Positions 18,025 through 25,910 of a DNA stretch of 32,000 bases are shown one piece after another (within the stretch, counting starts at the first letter, position 1; each line of letters begins with the position of its first letter). The stretch covers positions 810,001 through 842,000 of the forward strand of contig OY969425.1 of assembly GCA_963699255.1 (NCBI GenBank). Reading direction: 5' to 3'. The notes beneath the pieces are model-generated. The model saw nothing but the letters and a program-made list of their open reading frames with translations, had not been told where the DNA came from and ran no database searches. Made by a program: the position numbers and the translations under genes. The stretch is from an uncultured bacterium (GTDB taxonomy: Bacteria > Margulisbacteria > WOR-1 > CAVSGV01).

Positions 18025-20532
18025 TTAATTATCTGTGCGCCCTATTTCTATCCAGCGGCCATGTGCGCCAAGAGAGGCCACATAGATAAGCTGCAGAATA
18101 TCACCTTTACCCAAGGTGAAAGGAGTCGCCGCAGAAAGTTGAAGGACATCTAATGTGTCATTATTGAATGTGACGCACTTCAGATCATCCGTCCCTATCA
18201 ATACAAGCATCTGGCCATCTGAGCCGGCGGCTATGGGAGGATTGGCCGTAATGGTTACCGGAACATCTTTCCCTCGTATCAAGAGCACCTTTTTGTTCAG
18301 CATATCCTTTGTGATGCCGCTGACATCTATATCGGTGAAGTCTGACGGCAGATAGCTGACGCTTCCCCTGACTTCCATGGTTGAATTAATTATTACTTCT
18401 CCGCTCACAGAGAGTGAATCTATGGTGCCTATCCCGGTAATGTTCGGGAATGATCCTGTCGCGAGATCCGCGTTGACGATGGTCCCGTTCAGTATCGCAT
18501 CTGATGTGACAGAACCCGTTCCCATATATGACGCCTGGATCTTGCCTGCGCCTATCGTCGGGTTTGGATATGTTCCCGTCAGATCTCCTCCAGCGCTTCC
18601 TCCCGGCGCTACTCCTGATATTGTCACATTTGTTGCGCCTGTTAATCTTCCATCCGCATCTACCGTCACTAATGTAGCTTGTGTTGCAGAACCATATGTC
18701 CCCGCTGTTACCGTTGTCGATGCCAGCGCATCCGCTGTTACTGAGTTTGTTCCCATATATGATGCCTGGATCTTACCGACGCCTATTGTCGGGTTTGGAT
18801 ATGTTCCCGTCAGATCCCCTCCAGCGCTTCCTCCCGGAGCTACTCCTGCTATGGTGGTATTTGATGCCGCCGTTAATCTTCCATCAGCACCTACCGTATA
18901 TACGCCAACCTGTGTCGCGCTACCGTATGACCCAGCTGTTACTGCTGTCGGAGCTAACGCATCTGTTGTTACTGAACCTGTTCCCATGTTAGATGCAGTT
19001 ATCGTATTGTTCGCTATCTTCGAGGTCGTAACCGCAGCGGATGCGATGGTCGGGTTTGGATACGTTCCCGTCAGGTCCCCTCCAGCGCTTCCTCCCGGAG
19101 CTACTCCTGCTATGGTGGTATTTGATGCCGCCGTTAATCTTCCATCAGCACCTACCGTATATACGCCAACTTGTGTTGCGCTACCGTATGACCCAGCTGT
19201 TACTGCTGTCGGAGCTAACGCATCTGTTGTTACTGAACCTGTTCCCATATTAGATGCAGTTATCGTATTGTTCGCTATCTTCGAGTTCGTAACCGCAGCG
19301 GATGCGATGGTCGGGTTTGGATATGTTCCTGTCAGGTCCCCTCCTGCGCTTCCTCCCGGAGCTACTCCTGCTATGGTGGTATTTGATGCCGCCGTTAATC
19401 TTCCATCAGCATCTACCGTATATGTGCCGACCTGTGTCGCGCTACCGTATGACCCAGCTGTTACTGCTGTCGGAGCTAACGCATCTGTTGTTACTGAACC
19501 TGTTCCCATGTTAGATGCCGTGATCGTGTTGTTCGCTATCTTCGAGGTCGTAACCGCAGCGGATGCGATGGTCGGGTTTGGATATGTTCCTGTCAGATCT
19601 CCGCCAGCGCTTCCTGCCGGCGCTACTCCTGATATCGTCACGTTAGATGCTGCCGTTAATCTTCCGTCTGCATCTACCGTATATGTGCCAACTTGTGTTG
19701 CGCTACCGTATGACCCAGCTGTTACTGCTGTCGGAGCCAATGCGTCCGCTGTTACTGAGTTCGTTCCCATGTTAGACGCGGTTATCGTATTGTTCGCTAT
19801 CTTCGAGGTCGTAACCGCAGCGGATGCGATTGTCGGATTTGGATATGTCCCTGTCAGGTCCCCTCCTGCGCTTCCTGTGCAGGTTGATGCAGTTCCCGCC
19901 AGGATAGCATAATTTGCATTAGTAGCATTATCAGCATTGGTAGCAGTATCAGCGCTAGTAGCATGACCTGCATTAGTAGCGCTATCAGCACTGGTAGCAT
20001 GGCCTGCATTAGTAGCACTATCAGCACTGGTAGCGTGACCTGCATTAGTAGCAGAATCAGCACTGGTAGCAGAATCAGCATGCCCGCCATTAGCAGTTCT
20101 TGCATTTGACATTCTGGTATCATTAGCAGTAACCACATTATAAGCATTTGTGTTAGATGAACTATCTTCAAGTGAAACGCCGCCGATCGTGGTCGTGTTT
20201 CCCGAGAGTAATTCGATCGTGCCTGTAGTAGTTATAGTCCCTCCGGAGAGTCCGGTGCCGATGTCGATCCGAGTTATTGTCCCGCCACTGACCGTTTCCC
20301 AGGTGAGCGACCCGGCGCCATTATTCGTCAAGTAAGTATTCGCGGCTCCCTGTAAAGAAGGCCAATGGTAAATGACCCCGTTCAACTTGGTATCTATCAC
20401 ATCAATTGTACTGGTAACCGTTAAAGGCCCCTTCACCGCTTCAGGAAATTCGGGCCCTCCACCACCAAGCTGGACCGCTAAAGCCGAGGAACTCATTATT
20501 CCCAAAAACAAAACAACTAACCACTTTTTCAT
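18025..20532 (-). CDS. Exported tail-fibre/adhesin-like repeat protein (835 aa)
   Basis: MKKWLVVLFLGIMSSSALA signal; ADSATNAGHATS repeats; tandem 87 aa modules GSYGSATQVGVYTVGADGRLTAASNTTIAGVAPGGSAGGDLTGTYPNPTIASAAVTTSKIANNTITASNMGTGSVTTDALAPTAVTA; distinct C-terminal cap. Confidence 0.85.
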   Translation of the reverse strand: MKKWLVVLFLGIMSSSALAVQLGGGGPEFPEAVKGPLTVTSTIDVIDTKLNGVIYHWPSLQGAANTYLTNNGAGSLTWETVSGGTITRIDIGTGLSGGTITTTGTIELLSGNTTTIGGVSLEDSSSNTNAYNVVTANDTRMSNARTANGGHADSATSADSATNAGHATSADSATNAGHATSADSATNAGHATSADTATNADNATNANYAILAGTASTCTGSAGGDLTGTYPNPTIASAAVTTSKIANNTITASNMGTNSVTADALAPTAVTAGSYGSATQVGTYTVDADGRLTAASNVTISGVAPAGSAGGDLTGTYPNPTIASAAVTTSKIANNTITASNMGTGSVTTDALAPTAVTAGSYGSATQVGTYTVDADGRLTAASNTTIAGVAPGGSAGGDLTGTYPNPTIASAAVTNSKIANNTITASNMGTGSVTTDALAPTAVTAGSYGSATQVGVYTVGADGRLTAASNTTIAGVAPGGSAGGDLTGTYPNPTIASAAVTTSKIANNTITASNMGTGSVTTDALAPTAVTAGSYGSATQVGVYTVGADGRLTAASNTTIAGVAPGGSAGGDLTGTYPNPTIGVGKIQASYMGTNSVTADALASTTVTAGTYGSATQATLVTVDADGRLTGATNVTISGVAPGGSAGGDLTGTYPNPTIGAGKIQASYMGTGSVTSDAILNGTIVNADLATGSFPNITGIGTIDSLSVSGEVIINSTMEVRGSVSYLPSDFTDIDVSGITKDMLNKKVLLIRGKDVPVTITANPPIAAGSDGQMLVLIGTDDLKCVTFNNDTLDVLQLSAATPFTLGKGDILQLIYVASLGAHGRWIEIGRTDN
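18775..19860 (-). repeat. Tandem 261-bp coding repeats (87 aa unit), about four copies
   Basis: Antisense track ORFs at 19041 and 19302 are offset by 261 bp, and the protein module GDLTGTYPNPTIASAAVTTSKIANNTITASNMGTGSVTTDALAPTAVTAGSYGSATQV... repeats. Borders approximate. Confidence 0.8.
19900..20112 (-). repeat. Short 36-bp-period coding repeats (ADSATNAGHATS unit)
   Basis: Protein ADSATSADSATNAGHATSADSATNAGHATSADSATNAGHATSADTATNADNATNA; + strand agcactggtagcatggcctgcattagtagc-type units every 36 bp. Confidence 0.8.
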
Positions 20533-20551
20533 TTTCGCTCAACCCCCTTTT

Positions 20552-23191
20552 TTAATTATCTGTCCTGCTGATTTCATACCAGGCATTATCAACCTGGTCA
20601 TATATACATATCATAGTATCTTTATTGCCAAAGGTAAAGGGTGAATTGCCGGATAGTATCAAGTAATTCCCAGGGTTGAACTTTACGGTATTTATATTGT
20701 CAGTGCCCCGCAGGATTATCATTTGCCCGTCCTCTCCAGGCGCGATCGGAGGGTCCGCCGTCACAACCACCGGCCCGCCATTTCCCGCGATGCGGATCAA
20801 TTTCTTATTCAACATTCCCGCTGTCAGACCCGAACTTGCATTAATATAATTTATCGATGACGACGGATAGATCACTTTTCCATCAGCCTTAAATGTACCA
20901 CCTACTTCTAGGTTCCCCCCCGCTTCTATGGTGACCGTGCCCACCGTAAGGTTGCCGGTCATGGTGTCGCCTGCCCTGAGGACCGCGGTCTCTGCACTGA
21001 TCGCCGAACCAGCTGATATTGCGTAATCCGCTGTTGCCGCATTCGTAGCTGTGACTCCCGATAAATTCGATCCGTTGCCAAAAAATGCTGCCGCAGTTAC
21101 AACACCAGTTGTGCTAATATTGATATTAGTCATAAGAGCGCTACCCGCTATCTTATTCGTGGCCGTGTCAACCTTGCTCCAGTCAACCCCTGATATTTGC
21201 GAATTAGATATACCTAAAGCTTTTACCTCAAGTGATTGATCACCATTCAGATCAACAGTGATATTATCGTATTTGTTTGTTGCAGCTTCACCAGTTGGAC
21301 CGATCGGGCCTTGAATACCTTGAATGCCCTGAATACCTTGGATACCTTGTGGACCTGCTTCTCCAGTCAATCCGATGGGACCTTGAGGTCCGATAGCTCC
21401 GGTCTCGCCAGTCGGACCGATGGGACCTTGAATTCCTTGAATGCCCTGGATCCCTTGAATGCCTTGCGGACCTTGAGGCCCTGCTTCTCCAGTTGATCCG
21501 ATAGGACCCTCAGGACCAACAGCACCAGTCTCACCGGTCAGACCGATTGGCCCTTGAATTCCTTGGATACCTTGTATGCCTTGCGGACCTTGAAGACCTG
21601 CTTCGCCAGTTAATCCGATAGGACCTTCAGGACCGACAGCTCCAGTCTCACCAGTTGGACCGATCGGACCTTGAATTCCTTGGATGCCCTGAATACCTTG
21701 GATACCTTGTGGACCTGCTTCTCCAGTTAATCCGATAGGACCTTGAGGTCCGACTGCGCCAGTCTCACCGGTCGGACCGATCGGACCTTGAATTCCCTGA
21801 ATACCTTGGATACCTTGTGGACCTTGAGGACCGACTGCACCAGTCTCTCCGGTCAGACCGATCGGACCTTGAATTCCTTGGATACCTTGTATGCCTTGCG
21901 GACCTTGAGGACCAGCTTCTCCCGTTACTATTGCCCAAACCGGATTTTGAGATGCGCCTTGAGTCTCTAAGTAGTACCCGCTGGTTCCTGCTGTAAGTCT
22001 GGCCCATTTCGATCCATCATAATACATCACATCACCTTGCGACGCGGCATCCGTTGTTACAACTGTTGACGATAACCTTGCATTGTCGATCGTCCCTGAA
22101 GTGATATTCGTTGCGTCCAGGTTGGTCAGTAAGTTGCCTCCTCCGTCTATGGACTTGTTAGTTAATGTTTGCGCGTCCGTTGTCGTTACGACCACGCTAG
22201 TATCGATCGTTAAAGTCCCTGTTATCATTATCGGACCTCCAAGCAATCCTCTGCTTGTATTTACCTGAGTAACAGTTCCGGTCCCTCCGGAGTTCACCCA
22301 GGTGAATTGATCCGATCCGCCGTAGCTTAGAACCTGCCCGTTGGCCGGCGAATTTGTGGCGTTCAGTTTTGGTTCAATGATCGAATCATTTGCTATCGCA
22401 TCCGAGGTTACTGATCCGGTCGCCATTTTCGATGCTGTGATCCCTCCATTAGCAACATCGAGCGTTCCCGAACTTGTTATCGGACCCCCTGTCAATGACG
22501 GTCCTGTATTGACAGACGTAACGGTTCCGCTGCCGCCTCCTATTGCAGAGATCTCGATCGTTTGCCCGCTTTGCAAGAGAGAGACATTCGTTCCGCCTTT
22601 AAGCGTTACTGTCCCAGTTAAAGCCGCCGCGTCGGATGAAGATATTCCTGTAACGGAAGCCGGAATAACTGAGGAAGAAAGTTTCCCCATTCCATCGGTC
22701 GTTGGAATGATGTTTGCCCCTGAAGCAGATATGGGATATCCCGCGGCTTTTGTCGAATCGTCGGCTTGAAGCGTCCTGTACGCGTGTGCCGCGCTAGCTA
22801 TCTGGATCCTTGGCGTCATTTCTCCGCCCGGCGGGACTTCAACTCCCAGCCACCTGTCCGTACCATCAAATACACTTGGTTGGAAAGCTATTATCGTGCT
22901 GAAGACACCATTGCTATCGGGGGTGAGAGTTTCTACGGATGTCCCGTTCGTGACAGGGACGCCGCCGCTTGCCTGGCTGTACATTCTGAAAGTAAAAGTT
23001 GTGGAAGTAGTCGCTGGGGTCCCGTCTAAATATGTCAGTCTGCCTTCATAACCTATTATTTGCGGTATCGCCGCGTAACATATCCCCGTTATGCCTATCC
23101 GGCTGCCGTCAGGAAAGCCCGGCAGGTCCGCCAGAGGCAGGCTGAAAGCGGACACCATTAATATGAACACTGAAACAAAAATCTTCTTAAT
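20552..23191 (-). CDS. Exported collagen-like repeat protein (872 aa in the track; probable start up to 23191)
   Basis: N-terminal export/cap region, long Gly-X-Y tract [30 protein letters not shown]..., and a C-terminal cap shared with the 18025..20532 protein. Track ORF begins at GTG 23170; see the finding on the start codon. Confidence 0.8.
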   Translation of the reverse strand: MKKIFVSVFILMVSAFSLPLADLPGFPDGSRIGITGICYAAIPQIIGYEGRLTYLDGTPATTSTTFTFRMYSQASGGVPVTNGTSVETLTPDSNGVFSTIIAFQPSVFDGTDRWLGVEVPPGGEMTPRIQIASAAHAYRTLQADDSTKAAGYPISASGANIIPTTDGMGKLSSSVIPASVTGISSSDAAALTGTVTLKGGTNVSLLQSGQTIEISAIGGGSGTVTSVNTGPSLTGGPITSSGTLDVANGGITASKMATGSVTSDAIANDSIIEPKLNATNSPANGQVLSYGGSDQFTWVNSGGTGTVTQVNTSRGLLGGPIMITGTLTIDTSVVVTTTDAQTLTNKSIDGGGNLLTNLDATNITSGTIDNARLSSTVVTTDAASQGDVMYYDGSKWARLTAGTSGYYLETQGASQNPVWAIVTGEAGPQGPQGIQGIQGIQGPIGLTGETGAVGPQGPQGIQGIQGIQGPIGPTGETGAVGPQGPIGLTGEAGPQGIQGIQGIQGIQGPIGPTGETGAVGPEGPIGLTGEAGLQGPQGIQGIQGIQGPIGLTGETGAVGPEGPIGSTGEAGPQGPQGIQGIQGIQGIQGPIGPTGETGAIGPQGPIGLTGEAGPQGIQGIQGIQGIQGPIGPTGEAATNKYDNITVDLNGDQSLEVKALGISNSQISGVDWSKVDTATNKIAGSALMTNINISTTGVVTAAAFFGNGSNLSGVTATNAATADYAISAGSAISAETAVLRAGDTMTGNLTVGTVTIEAGGNLEVGGTFKADGKVIYPSSSINYINASSGLTAGMLNKKLIRIAGNGGPVVVTADPPIAPGEDGQMIILRGTDNINTVKFNPGNYLILSGNSPFTFGNKDTMICIYDQVDNAWYEISRTDN
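21284..21926 (-). repeat. Collagen-like Gly-X-Y coding tract (about 70 triplets)
   Basis: Uninterrupted G-X-Y with recurring [36 protein letters not shown] blocks. Confidence 0.9.
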
Positions 23192-23351
23192 AATAAAATA
23201 ACACCTCAGTTGTTCATCGTGTCATAGTCCCGCTACCTTATTATTGGAATATAATGTGATGCGGGATCCCGCCTTTGGCGGTGATTAACCGTGTCATTTC
23301 TTCTTTATTATACCAGAGAATTTTGCATATTCAAAGGGGGTAAAAGCCGGA

Positions 23352-24752
23352 TCATGATGACAGGGTTTTATCTATGGCTTTAGCGGCTTTTTTCCCGGCC
23401 CCCATGGCTTCGATGACGGTAGCCGCTCCGGATACTATATCCCCGCCGGCATATACATATGTAATGGAAGTCTGCCCTGTCACGGGATCCGCTATGATCC
23501 CGCCCCATTTTTCCATCTTAAGGCCATTTATCATCCCTGGCAAAAGCGGGTTCGGGTTATTCCCGATAGCTACTATCACAGTGTCAACATCGATCAAGGA
23601 TTCGGATCCTTTAACAGGAATGGGGCGCCGTCTTCCGGAATCATCCGGTTCTCCGAGTTCCATTTTCAGGATCTCCATCTGTGAAACCCATCCGTCCTTT
23701 CCTATGATCCGCGTAGGATTTGAAAGCAGCCTGAATTTAACCCCTTCTTCTTTCGCATGCTCTATCTCTTCCGCCCTTGCCGGCATTTCCTCATTGCTTC
23801 TACGGTAAACGATAGTTACTTCATCCGCTCCAAGCCTCAGCGACACCCTTGCGGAATCCATAGCAACGTTCCCCGCGCCGACCACGACCACTTTTTTGCC
23901 GATCTTTACCGGGGTCAAGTATTCAGGGAACAGGTAGGCTTTCATCAGGTTCACTCTGGTCAGGTATTCATTCGCGGAATAAACACCCCCTAGATTTTCG
24001 CCGGGCACCTTCAAGAACTGCGGCAGTCCCGCCCCGGCGCCGATGAAGACCGCCTTGTACCCCTGGGACAAAAGATCGTCGATCGTCAATGTCCTCCCTA
24101 TCAGGGTATTTATCTTAACATCAACGCCGAGATTCTTTATCCCGTCGCTCTCAAATTGAACTATTTTTTTGGGCAGCCTGAACTCGGGAATGCCGTAGGT
24201 CAAAACCCCGCCGGTCTCATGCAGGGACTCGAACATGGTCACCTGATATCCCTTTTTTGCAAGGTCCCCCGCGCAGGTCAGGCCGGCTGGTCCAGATCCC
24301 ACTACAGCGATTTTTGCCTTGTCGTTTTTTTTCACATCTCGCACTTGCCCCGCACGAAGTTGCGGGGTCTCACATCTCACATCTCTATTTTTCATCTCCC
24401 AATCCGCCGCGAATCTCTCCAGCCTGCCGATAGCTATCGGATTGTTCTTCCTTGCGAACACGCAGACTTTTTCGCACTGGTCTTCCTGAGGACACACCCT
24501 TCCGCAGATAGCCGGAAGATTGTTTTTCTCCTTCAATTTCTTTATGGCTTCATCGAATTTGCCGTCAGCAATATAAGCCACGAACGCGGGGATATCAATT
24601 TCGACCGGGCAACCGGCCATGCACGTAGGTTTTTTGCACTGTATGCAGCGTTTTGCCTCGGCTACCGCCTGCTCCGGCGTGTAGCCAAGCGCCACTTCGT
24701 TAAAGTTATTAACCCTTTCTCTCGGGTTTTGTTCGGACATAGGTTGACGCAT
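23352..24752 (-). CDS. Glutamate synthase small subunit-like/NAD(P)H-dependent oxidoreductase (GltD/NfnB/SudA family)
   Basis: AKRCIQCKKPTCMAGCPVEIDIPAFV...ICGRVCPQEDQCEKVCV, IAVVGSGPAGLTCAGDLAKKGY, VVVVGAGNVAMDSARVSLRLGA, YAGGDIVSGAATVIEAMGAG. Confidence 0.92.
   Translation of the reverse strand: MRQPMSEQNPRERVNNFNEVALGYTPEQAVAEAKRCIQCKKPTCMAGCPVEIDIPAFVAYIADGKFDEAIKKLKEKNNLPAICGRVCPQEDQCEKVCVFARKNNPIAIGRLERFAADWEMKNRDVRCETPQLRAGQVRDVKKNDKAKIAVVGSGPAGLTCAGDLAKKGYQVTMFESLHETGGVLTYGIPEFRLPKKIVQFESDGIKNLGVDVKINTLIGRTLTIDDLLSQGYKAVFIGAGAGLPQFLKVPGENLGGVYSANEYLTRVNLMKAYLFPEYLTPVKIGKKVVVVGAGNVAMDSARVSLRLGADEVTIVYRRSNEEMPARAEEIEHAKEEGVKFRLLSNPTRIIGKDGWVSQMEILKMELGEPDDSGRRRPIPVKGSESLIDVDTVIVAIGNNPNPLLPGMINGLKMEKWGGIIADPVTGQTSITYVYAGGDIVSGAATVIEAMGAGKKAAKAIDKTLSS
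24339..24371. repeat. ORF-internal palindromic element, copy 1
   Basis: tcgcacttgccccgcacgaagttgcggggtctc; stem ccccgca/tgcgggg. Confidence 0.75.
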
Positions 24753-24767
24753 ATACTAAGCCCCTAA

Positions 24768-24884
24768 TTTCCAATTACCAATAACAAATGTCAAATTAAT
24801 TACCAATTATGCAATACCCAATTGGGAATTGACCATTGGGCATTAATTTGTAATTTGACATTGGAAATTGGTCATTTGTCATTA
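24768..24884. repeat. Low-complexity intergenic inverted-repeat element
   Basis: aatgtcaaatta (24787-24798) pairs with taatttgacatt (24851-24862); flanks repeat CCAATTACC/AATTGG words. Confidence 0.7.
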
Positions 24885-25730
24885 TTTGCATCTCTCGCAC
24901 TTCTCCGAAGCTATCTTCTCTTTGTCTTTATACTGACCCAGCCTTGTCATAAGTTCATCGTAATCCACCTGATGGGCGTCGAATTCCGGCCCGTCAACAC
25001 AGGTGAACCTGACCGCCCCACCGACCGTAACTCGGCACACTCCGCACATTCCCGTTGCGTCAAGCATGATAGGGTTCAAACTTACGATCGTCTTTATGCC
25101 GTAAGGCCGGGTTACGCCGGCAACCGCTTTCATCATCTGGACCGGACCTATCGCGATGACCCTGTCGATCTTTGTCCCTTTACCGATCAGGTCCTTTAAC
25201 TCATCCGACACAAAACCTTTTCTCCCGCAGCTTCCGTCGTCGGTCGTTATGTAAAACTCGTCGCTGTAAGCCTGATTCTCTTTCCTGAATATAAGCGCGG
25301 TCTCGCATCTTGAGCCGGTAATGGTGATGACCTTATTCCCCTTTGTCTTCATTGCTTTCACGATCGGATGGACCACCGCGATCCCTACGCCTCCTCCGAC
25401 ACATACAACCGTCCCAAAATTCTCAACTTCCGTCGGATGGCCAAGAGGCCCGAGGATGTCCAATATCGCACTTGCCCCGCGCCCAGTCGCGGGGTCTCCC
25501 GCCTCTAATTTCCCAAGCATTTTCGTGCTTGCTCCAACCTCCTGGAAGACCAAAGTGATGCGGTTCGTGTTATCGGTATCGGCGATCGTGAGCGGCGTTC
25601 TTTCGCCTTTTTCATCGATGCGCAGCGTCACGAACTGGCCGGCTTTTGCGTGTTGCGCGATAAGCGGGGCTTCCACATCGATCCTGACTATATTTTCATA
25701 GAGTCTTTCTTTGTGAAGTATCTTGAACAT
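24882..25730 (-). CDS. PyrK/SudB-like FAD/NAD(P)-binding, 2Fe-2S electron-transfer subunit
   Basis: AKAGQFVTLRIDEKGERTPLTIAD, VGGGVGIAVVHPIVKAMK, and DATGMCGVCRVTVGGAVRFTCVDGPEFDAHQVDYDELM. Adjacent to the partner subunit. Confidence 0.9.
   Translation of the reverse strand: MFKILHKERLYENIVRIDVEAPLIAQHAKAGQFVTLRIDEKGERTPLTIADTDNTNRITLVFQEVGASTKMLGKLEAGDPATGRGASAILDILGPLGHPTEVENFGTVVCVGGGVGIAVVHPIVKAMKTKGNKVITITGSRCETALIFRKENQAYSDEFYITTDDGSCGRKGFVSDELKDLIGKGTKIDRVIAIGPVQMMKAVAGVTRPYGIKTIVSLNPIMLDATGMCGVCRVTVGGAVRFTCVDGPEFDAHQVDYDELMTRLGQYKDKEKIASEKCERCK
25466..25498. repeat. ORF-internal palindromic element, copy 2
   Basis: tcgcacttgccccgcgcccagtcgcggggtctc; 29 of 33 positions match copy 1; stem ccccgcg/cgcgggg. 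Confidence 0.75.
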
Positions 25731-25760
25731 AGTTTGATTTTATCATACTCAAATAAAAAA

Positions 25761-25884
25761 GAGGAGCTAGAAGAGCTAAAGATTGAAACGTCAAGAGGAT
25801 AAGAGGTGAAGAGGGATAAGACGATTTTTTATTTCCCTCTTCTCAACCCCTTAACATCTTAACCCCTTTCACTTCTAGCTCCTC
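25761..25884. repeat. Intergenic purine/pyrimidine-biased inverted-repeat element
   Basis: gaggagctagaag (25761-25773) pairs with cttctagctcctc (25872-25884); nested gaagaggg (25808-25815) with ccctcttc (25835-25842). Confidence 0.8.
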
Positions 25885-25910
25885 TAGCTCTTCTGTGCTA
25901 AAATAACATC

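Noticed and set aside
11318-19912. Very long plus-strand ORFs opposite the fibre genes (11318..12589, 14315..16231 of 638 aa, 18377..19912 of 511 aa) and the repeated small ORFs 14559, 14790, 15021, 15252
   Set aside because: They are exact mirror products of in-frame repeats on the minus strand. If one unit lacks a stop in the antisense frame, all copies do. They lack export signals and non-repetitive domains, while the minus-strand proteins have signal peptides and caps.
19900-20112. Regular ~36-bp repeats that might suggest a CRISPR array
   Set aside because: No alternating repeat/unique spacer pattern; the whole unit repeats and is in frame within the minus-strand protein. No cas genes in the window.
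10090-20532. Prophage tail-fibre region
   Set aside because: The modules resemble tail fibres, but proteins carry signal peptides and there is no capsid, portal, terminase, baseplate, lysis or integrase gene in the window.
23225-23300. Possible riboswitch upstream of the collagen-like gene (hairpins gcgggatcccgc and ccgccaaaggcggg, and a ggtagcggga string reminiscent of part of the c-di-GMP-I class)
   Set aside because: Only short hairpins and a partial string match; the other conserved parts of that class are not recognisable. Could equally be a terminator region of the upstream oxidoreductase gene. A covariance-model scan would decide.
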